Shown in pieces: positions 50,813 to 64,000 of a stretch of DNA of 64,000 nucleotides. The position numbers were made by a program, and so were the translations under genes. Source of the DNA: Tubulanus polymorphus (Eukaryota > Animalia > Nemertea); the NCBI RefSeq assembly GCF_964204645.1, contig NC_134027.1, positions 10,944,485-11,008,484 of the forward strand. The letters run 5' to 3'. Position 1 is the first letter of the stretch. Each line of letters opens with the position of its first letter. The notes beneath the pieces are model-generated. The model had not been told where the DNA came from. It searched no databases and saw only the letters and a program-made list of their open reading frames with translations.

Positions 50813-53800
50813 CTCGATTTTGCTGTTTCACCTGTGATTGGAGTATTTTTTTTTTTAGGAGTTTGGCACGAAAGAGACAACTAATATGTGCTATGAGTTG
50901 TGCGCACAACTCTCCTTTCGCGTCTCTTGCTTGAAATAGCAGGTGTCATACTCCTAGGTTGAATTTCTTTTTATTAGGTGGAACGATTTTTCGAATACTG
51001 GAATTTGTTGAAGGATTTTTCGTGATTAGTCTCTTCCCTCGGCAAGCTCTGACTTATCTCGTGCGGGATGTTTCTCTCGTGTCCGCCTGGATCGGGTACA
51101 ACTTACGCGGTCCGTTAGTTGCCACCCCACACCGGTCAACTTGAATCGTCGTGACAGGTTATCTTGAATTTTGTGCAATTCGTCTTCAAAGAGAATGAAT
51201 CTGTGGTTGTCTAAATTTTGTTGGGTTATTGATTAATTATATTCCGTCAAGGGTTACCTTCAGTTAAAATACTACATATCAAGTTTTCGAGTATAATATG
51301 GATCTGGCGTACTATTTACCCATGTCATGGAACTTGTATTACTTTCATGGTACAGATCATGGTACATAGTTATATTATGAAAAAAAAAAAAAAAATGTAT
51401 ATCCTATGTTTTATAGTATTTTTTAATGCGCCGATGTTGCAGCTAAATGGTGGCGGTGATTTTTCTGTATCTGTGAATTTTTTTTTTTACTATATCTATG
51501 ATTTGATGAGTATTTCATATTTTTATATGATAAGGATTATTAATGTTACTACACCTGGATTCGGGTTATTTTTTTCTAATATAACAATATCGATGAGTCA
51601 CTGTCTATTGTTAGGTGATTATGTTGATTGTTGCTGATGTTTTGCCATGTATTTACCCTTTTAGTATTATAAGAATTATGCAATGGAATAGGAATGTAAG
51701 TTTTTAGAGATATATTGCAGGACTTATGTTGAATGAGATGACTTTATATTTTTACCTCCCTAGGCTTGTGTGTTAATTTTCTGCTTTTGTGGACAAAAGC
51801 TTGAATATAGTGTGGGAGAGTTTAGCAAGGAGTATTTTTATCTGGAACTGCGGATTGTGTTTTTATGTTTAAATATTGTAATCAATATTTTGCCAGGTCA
51901 TTTGTAGCTAAGAAAACATATTTGTAGATTTTTCCTATGTCCATTAATGGATCTAACCGTTAGTCTTTGTCACTTTTACCCGGATACCGTTTTGGCAGCT
52001 CAAGTAGGCTGTCTTGTTTATTGAGTATTTTGTCTGCCTAGCGAACTGGCTCTATTTTTGAATAAGTGATGTAATAGCAATATAAACAACTCTCAACTCA
52101 CCTGCCCTCGCAACTAGTTTAGCTCTCATCAGGTAATTAGTGTCTTAATATGTCATTAAGATTTGGATGAACCAATCGCTAGAAGTTTTGGTCACTATTT
52201 TCTTGATGGGAGTGTCTTAATCAACTTGGTTTTTGGCAGCACAGATTTGATCACTCTGTGCCTGCTATCCAACTGATTAAGACGTAAAATAAACTGGTAT
52301 TAACACATAAATTCAATCGTTTGAATTTTCAGGTGAGTTACATCCATTTTTTCATAGTTAAATCTTATATATGTTTTGGCATAATTGTGTACCTAGGCTT
52401 AGCTGAGAAATCAGACCTTTATGTAACACGTACATTTGGTACTGAGAGTCAATTTTTATAGATTAGGTATTTAATCTAAAATGACGGCTAATGATTATTT
52501 GTTTGTAGAAATAGGCCTTTGTATTAAGTATGTAGTTAAAGAAAAGTCATTTTAGGACTATCTCAGTTACGATCTGATGAAGTATGAGTAATCAAGTAGT
52601 ATAATATTCGATTCTATTCTGTGTATACTGTAACTAATTATCATAACACTCTGTGCCTGCTATCCAACTGATTAAGACGTAGAATAAACTGGTATTAACA
52701 CATAAATTCAATCATTTGAATTTTCAGTTTTTGTAAAATTGGCAACGCGCAAAAAGTCCGTTGCTAAAATGGTGGAGAACCCGTTGCTAAAATGGTGGAA
52801 AAGTCCGTTGCTAAAATGGTGGAGAACCCGTTGCTAAAATGGTGGAGAACCCGTTGCTAAAATTGGGTAAATTTATGTATGTATGCCTTATAAACTGTTC
52901 TCCACGTCAGAGTGTGGCTAATTTACCACAGATCGTAGCTGAATCACTAAAAATGAAGCCTCATGCATGATAGATTTTGATTTGTTCTATCTTGGAGTAA
53001 TCATTAGACAAATGATTACTCCAAGGTTCTATAGACAGCCAGCCGGCTTTCATGAACTATCCTAAAATTAGACGATCCCGGCATACCACTTCGCATACTG
53101 GCTCAACGAATACTTTCAATTGCTCTTGCAAAATAATTCGAATATCTCATCTTAGGTTTGGTGTATTAAAATGTCTGTATCATCTGCATGGACGAAGATA
53201 TGTTGTTATCCCATCTTCGCTGCATGAAGCGCATGGGTGATGATTCGGGTGACACTTTCTTCTTGTTTTGAACGCGAATAACCACGTAGATCCATAGCTA
53301 CCATATCTCCAAATCCACCACTGACCACTAGTTAGCTATTTTTAGGGATATTGGCATTTTGGACGATATATTTTGAGTGGTAGTTTACCTTCATTGTTTT
53401 CTGAAGAAGCGAATATTATACGATTGTTGCCACGGCACGAAACCCTGGACACTCGTCGGTCATCAGGTTCGAAACCCTGCCGAGGAAAGATGTTCCCAGT
53501 ATTAGTCCGGATGACTATGCGGGTTATACCCGATCTATATCCCAGCCCGTTTTTAACTCATGCATATCTCTCATAATCTTATATCCTCTTTACACGATGA
53601 GCATAGATGAGCAAGTCGTAAAATCCATGTGTCGGACCATGGACGTCTAGTTTATTTGTCCATGGTCGGACTTATGCCATTGTCACTGCGATAGGCGTAG
53701 CTGTTCCATGCAAGAGCAGTACCATTTTCTACAGATGTGGCTAGGTGGATAAAACAACCATACTCTCCAAAGAGCTAAATCAAATTCAATGCGTACAAAT

Positions 53801-53981
53801 TTACATCTGTTCTTTTATGATGAAAATCGCTCGTGCCCGTTCCACGTCTTCGCTAGTCAGGAATACGAACCTGATGGTATTGTCGTTGTAAGAGTCGTGA
53901 TGCCATCAGGTTCGAATCCCAACATAGGGAGGATGTGCCGTCCAGTGCCGCGCGATGACATACAGTTTACGTCATATTTAT

Positions 53982-55070
53982 TCAAAGAAACTTTTTCATG
54001 TAAGAAACAAATGCGGCACTTGTTCTAGATCCTTGATATTTCACGGATGTCACCGAGCCCTTCTTGGGAAACACTAAGAGTGTAGGATATCCTCGCACCT
54101 ATCAACGAAACTAGATTGTGTAAAACATGCATCAAAAAATTTCAAATGGTATTTTACTGGTTCTTTCTTACCCCATATTTCGAGCAGAGTGGCCTGTTTT
54201 TGGTACAGTCGACTTCAGCTAGCGTCACCTGCTGTCCGCTCAATTGCTTAGCCGCAGCCACGAATTCGGGTGCCATTTTCTTACACCAACCGCACCACGG
54301 CGCAAAAAACTTCACCATCACTGGTTCACTAGATTTGAGAACTTTGCCGTCGAAGTTTTTACTGCTCAGCGACTCCATTCGACCATCCTTAAGATACATC
54401 TCAAAAATTACTTCAAAAGCCCAAGGTACAATGGTTCGTTTCGACCATGGTTTGGGTAGGGTTAACAACTCACCAATGCGGATGCCGCCACTATAAGCAA
54501 ACTCACACACACGAATATCTACAATATATATATATATATACATTTATACGTATACACTATAGGCGCAATTGAATGAATAAATTGTTTACGATTAAACACG
54601 AATAGGCAATTTTCTTAAAAGTAATTGGCAAAATAGAAAATGACAGAAATTTTGCACATTGTTTTGAATCCCAGGGTGGATCTATAGGGCAAGGGCCTCA
54701 TTCAGGGAGAGGTGCAGCCCCACAATTGGGCGTATTATAGAATTTAAAAGGGCACCCCTAGAGAAAGCTCATCGGAAAACATTTTTTTTCAAATACAAAG
54801 AAAAGCTTATCAACTATTTCTATGTATCAATTTGTGATATATTTCATTTTCCCATATAATTTGACATTTAAGGGGAGGGGTGCACACCCCCTGCACCCAC
54901 CCCTGCACCCTCCCCTTGGATCTGTTCCTGAATGAATTCTTGAAAAAAAATCCAGATGGAATTAGGAGACAGCGAATTGCTAGAGCAATGTGTGTATACA
55001 TGTATTCAAACGCCGGATACAGTTTATGCCGGACATTACTTTTTCAATTCGTGGAACTTACCTTAAACAT
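53982..55070 (-). CDS. Secreted single-domain thioredoxin/PDI-like oxidoreductase with WCGWC motif; exons 55062-55070, 54474-54518, about 54172-54399, 53982-54098
   Basis: Signal peptide MFKIFVCVSLLIVAASAL, VKFFAPWCGWCKKMAPEF, AEVDCT..LCSKYGVRGYPTL, YQGSRT; same exon layout as the 46-47 kb paralog. The exon-3 acceptor appears to be a weak GAG. Confidence 0.78.
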
Positions 55071-55444
55071 TTCAAGCTTTACCGATACCAGAATGCTGCT
55101 CAAAACCTTGAAATGAAATATGCTGCGCAGCGCTTATAAATATTGTTATCTCCGTATAATCTTATCAAAAAATGTTAACACTTCCAAATTCACTTTGTAA
55201 AATGTTCCTCTTTTTACATCGGATAAGATAAAAATGTCAGGATTTGAAAATAACAGATGTCAGAAACTGTGATTAATCGAATTACACACTATCGGGAAAT
55301 AACAGATTGTTGTTGGTCGGAAACCGAACCATCTAGCCTCAATTTCATTTTTCCCGCCTCTCGAACAAAATGGAACATGTCGTCATACATATGACTCGTG
55401 TTTCTACACTCCAATAATATTTAGTCGACACACATTTTCACCGC

Positions 55445-55516
55445 GACTCCGTGGCGCAACGGTAGCGCGTCTGACTCCAGATCAGAAGGTTGCGTGTTCG
55501 ATTCACGTCGGGGTCA
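55445..55516 (+). tRNA. tRNA-Trp: tRNA-Trp (CCA)
   Basis: GACTCCGTGGCGCAACGGTAGCGCGTCTGACTCCAGATCAGAAGGTTGCGTGTTCGATTCACGTCGGGGTCA: full cloverleaf, CCA anticodon, followed by a T-run Pol III terminator. Confidence 0.96.
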
Positions 55517-58500
55517 AGGATTTATTTTTATGGAGAGACACATTTTTTTGTTCAGACTGAGGTTTTCGTTCAGAACATGTTTTTTTTATGTACTGAATCG
55601 TCAATACTCACCTTTTTGAAGAGATTATTGTTTTGTTTTTGTTTTGAACTGCAGGAAAGATGGCACATGATCTTTATTTTTTTAATCTTAAAATAGGGAT
55701 TGACGCTGTTATTTATTTGATTGGTAGATTTCGTTTGATTTTCTGTTTTGGTATCCCTTACAAACCCACCACACCTGCCGGGAGCGAAACAGGGAGTTTG
55801 ATTTTGAAATCGGAAATCGAAGTACAGATATAGTTGTGTGATGAAAATCTTTTTGATGTATGGGTACCGTGCCCACTGGTCATGCGGTAGCACCTTCACA
55901 AATTAAAAACTGAAATATTTCTGATGACAGTAGCGCACAAAGGTTTTGGTGTGCTTCATATAAAATAGGTACGGGCTTACTTTGTAATATGTTGAAATGA
56001 TATCATTATACCTCGGGAATTTTTTTATTACTTGGAGCACAGATCCGCCTCCCAGAGTTACAAAAAGTCATCAAATGAAAAAAAAATCACGTTTTCATCT
56101 CAATTTTTCAACAACACAATTATTTTTTGTTATGCCCATCTTGATTTTTAATCAAGTAACTCGTGAAAGTTATGTTCATCTTGATTACCTCCCAGTTTTC
56201 TTCAGAAAATCCGTGCTCCAAGTAATTGAAAAAATAAATGCCTCCTTATTCGACAGTCGGAATGCTTACTCCTATGTACTAGAGGTCCAGCTCCAAGGTA
56301 CAACTTAACCAACTAAAAATGAGCTTGAACAATAGGACATCCTATATAGCCCTTGCACGTGCTGCCATCCATAACGTTATGTGATGATCTCATATGTGAA
56401 TCGTATTGATTCACGTAAAGTAAACATCTGCTTCAAACATAAACAACGGCATAAGTGCAAATCATAATCGATGATGCAGGAAGTATATATCACTTTCGCC
56501 GTAAAAAGCGTTACAATAATAACTTCATATGAGATAGTGCGAGTCGATATGTGCCTAAGTCATCAATGTTGACGTTTCAAAATAAACAATTGCAATTGTG
56601 AATTTTAGCGTTCATTTCGTAATTAGATATACTACGTGGCTCGAATTTTCTATCTAATAAGTATTCATGTCATTTTGTTATGGATTTTTAGTGGATGTGC
56701 CCTATACGTCATCAATATTGGTGCTAGCGTGGTTGTTGTTATTGGGGCTAGCCTGTGTAACAGTATTCAAATTCAAAATAATAACTTCATCATTGATCCT
56801 CGATATTACACTATATCATTCATTTCCGACAATATTAGGCAATATGCGTTATTTTCTTCATACGTCAGTCAACCTGAGAGTCTTCCAAGTTAGTTCTCTT
56901 GTCGATGAGGATCGTCGTTTATATCAACGTGATGATATAGTGCCAAAGCTCTATTGCCCTTTCACTGGTTAGCGATATAGACAACGAAGAAAATAAAAAC
57001 ACTCCGATTGAACGTTACTTTTGCAATTTTTATTTCATTTCAATATCGATGATGATAATACATGAATAGCACATGTCATATAAGGAAGCAAATCATGATA
57101 TACTTTTAAATAATATAAATCATAAATACGTCTTATAAAATACTAATGATCTAGTTGTATTTATTCCGCTTATACCATACACTAGTCCAACCGTTCACAC
57201 CGGCGTAAACATCATCAGAGATATTGTCTACACAGTTGCCGAGTGTTAAATTCAAAAAAGAAGAAACGAAACCGAATATCTAGAGCAGAGCAGTTTTATA
57301 CACAATATGAAAGCACCATAGCAGATGATTAAAAGGGTCGCACAAAGTAAAAAAGTTAATGCGAAAAGATCAAGATTTTCCTATGAATATATATCATCCC
57401 GAAAAGACAGTGTAAGATAGGCATGTGACAATGTGTGGTATTAAGGTTCTAGTGTAAACGTCTCGCCCATACTATATTCATTTCTAAATTAAGCCCAAAA
57501 AAACTAATAGAAAATATCGTTCCGGACGCCGCGTTTACACACGAAAACAACATTTATTCGAAATAGGCATGCAAATAAATTATCATACACACAAAATGCA
57601 TATCATAATAGTCTGAAAGCACAGATACGGGGAAGCTCTGCGTTTTTGAGCAAACAAGTTTCTGGAGCACCGGTCGGTTTACATATATAGTCGTGTATAT
57701 ATATAAACTCTAAAGTATGTAAAATCTAGCACCAAAGATGATCGAACTGACAATAGTAACTAAAGAACGTCGGAAAACCCGATCAGTTCGAAAAAGCTCT
57801 CACTCATAATAATGACAATATTTTTTCTCACGCATCCTAGATTTTCACGCTTCGATGTGTAAAGGTTTTCACGCAGTCTGCGTCATATCTTGCCCAATCT
57901 TTTTACTTGCGCTGGACGTGACTACAAAATACAGGCGTCTCGCAAATTTTCTTTGATATTTCACCAGCTGGAAATAATGATAATTAACATCGATTTCCTT
58001 CCACATTCAACAACATTCCGTTAATACTGGAAATGTTCGGTAAACACGCAGGCCTTCTTACAACCGAATTCTCGTAACAGTGACTCACTGAAGATGAGCA
58101 TTTGAGAGTAAGGTAAGGCGTAAATTACTGAAGCAGACGCGTTTACAAATGAGCACTATTGCGGCGCAAGTTACTCATGCATTCAGTATTTCCCCTCGTC
58201 AGTTTTTCTATACTGTACGTATCATCATTAAATATACTCCTTTTGGCTCAGTTGTGTTCAAGAATAAAGCTATTGCGAGAAGTCAAATAGTTGTGATAGT
58301 TATCTACAGGGGTGTCAGTGCGGGATTTTTTGAACGGGGGTCGGGCAGAATTATCACAAGCGGAACTATATGCCATACTTTGCACCGTATCCGCCGAGCG
58401 CAGACGGCAAACGAGCATTTCTGAATCCTTGAATGTTCTTAAATAGTCTTAATTTTCTATACATATACATACATGCGAAGTTGGAGATGGGCGTTTTCTT

Positions 58501-59183
58501 GACCTTGGCAAAATATTCATGCAATTTCCTGAATGCGAAAAAAACAGCATTTGGAACTTCGTTCGCACCCCGCACCCCCTCTGGTGACGCTCATGATTTA
58601 ATTGGGCAGAGGTTTCTTATAATTTGAATAAGCTTAGTGTTTGAGAACGTGTGATATTGTATATGTAATTGATCTGGAATATGATATGTTTCAGAGATAT
58701 ATTGGTTTATGGTATATGTATATATTAAGATTCTGAGGACTACACAGAGTTGAATTTTTGAAGCAACCCCGGCGACGCGGAAATACACATTCTCGACAAG
58801 GACAGCACAGTGCTGGTCACACATACATTCTTCGTGGTCAATCGATTTCATTCTCAACAAACGTGCGAAGACATAAAGGCAGTAAAAAAAATTCGCAAAT
58901 ACTCAAAGTGATAAGAACTACTATAGATTGTCGCTAGCCGTAGATACATTTTCACAGAAAACAACCGCGCATTCCGAATAAATACAGAATTGATCCCGGT
59001 TTACCATATAGAAGATCGACCACATCAACACCACATTAAAGCATCGAAATATGTGTCCATCACAAATCATAGTTATCTTCGATGATAAGCATCGACTTTC
59101 TTACTATGATGTATACATAAATAGCATTCATATCGTTGGTATGTACAGGGAGGTGGCCCCCCTGGGTATGTGTTCTAAAGCGT

Positions 59184-63474
<4,291 letters not shown>

Positions 63475-64000
63475 TCAGCCCGACCCGGTTTGATTTCTGA
63501 CAGTACTGAAACACGTGCGCTTCCTGTTTCCGTTTATAGTGAAAACCGCATCACACGGCGCATTAATCGCGAAATACAAATGATTGCATCGTGATTGGTC
63601 TAGGCAACTGCGATGAGCTAGGAGTAGAACTACTTTTTACGTGTCGCGCAGTCACGCCCAATGAATTCTGATTTAATTGAAATCAAACTTGAATAGCAAT
63701 ATTTGATATCAAATCTCAATGGCAATGGATCTTTTATAATGAAAAAAATGCGCAAGTATAATTAAAATATGAAAATGCGCATGAATACACAGCACGATGC
63801 TGATTGGTCGTTTATTATTGACTTCCGTCAACATTGAATGGGGAGCACGTGTTCACGATGAGTAATCAAAATGAATCAAAAACATACGAAATTACGCCCG
63901 CTGATTGTTCTTTGGAAATTCATACTTTCTCCGAAAAGTTTATGGATACCGTAGTGCATTTTTCTACCCTCAAAATGCATGACAGTTTCTTTTTATGGGC

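Larger units (their letters stand above)
48812..52861 (+). mobile_element. Non-autonomous gag-only Ty3/Gypsy-type LTR retrotransposon, 4050 bp, recent insertion
   Basis: Two 1041-bp LTRs (48812-49852, 51821-52861) with about 3 mismatches seen by eye; terminal IR TTTAGCAA/TTGCTAAA; 4-bp TSD ATTG (48808-48811, 52862-52865); TGG-starting PBS at 49854; purine-rich GTGTGGGAGAG PPT before the 3' LTR. Confidence 0.93.

Noticed and set aside
48812-52861. LTR pair as an assembly duplication artefact
   Set aside because: TSD, terminal inverted repeats, PBS, PPT, a gag ORF and a few inter-LTR mismatches all indicate a real insertion.
55070-55516. Functional link between tRNA-Trp and the adjacent WCGWC thioredoxin or the LTR primer
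   Set aside because: The element's PBS does not match the tRNA-Trp 3' end (TGGTGACCCC expected) beyond TGGTGA, and adjacency alone is not evidence.
56000-59100. Short ORFs between tRNA-Trp and the second tubulin
   Set aside because: No motifs or consistent splice structure; looks like UTR/intergenic DNA with MITE fragments.

Overview
AT-rich, intron-containing animal genomic DNA, probably an invertebrate; the taxon is not determinable from sequence alone. From left to right: the 3' part of a TONSL (Tonsoku-like) gene (+, about 20 exons, TPR-ankyrin-UBL-LRR) whose 10.9-kb intron hosts an antisense class A GPCR; an orphan intronless ORF (-) head-to-head with a mitochondrial LRPPRC/PPR-like gene (+); two tandem BPHL (valacyclovir hydrolase-like) genes (-) separated by a 28-bp minisatellite with an 84-bp higher-order repeat; and two convergent beta-tubulins, one canonical and one divergent, with patches of apparent gene conversion. 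Between the tubulins lie two small secreted single-domain thioredoxin-fold paralogs (one WCGWC, one with the CXXC deleted), a tRNA-Trp gene and a very young gag-only Gypsy-type LTR element. That element is the most unusual object here: TT...AA termini, intron-like segments and an 81-bp duplication inside the LTR, a tandem array of [LTR-end + tRNA-Ala PBS] units, and an out-of-frame integrase chromodomain remnant. LINE tails, a tRNA-derived SINE family, MITEs and Penelope-type minimal hammerhead motifs are scattered throughout. All exon structures and alignments were read by eye, with no database searches.
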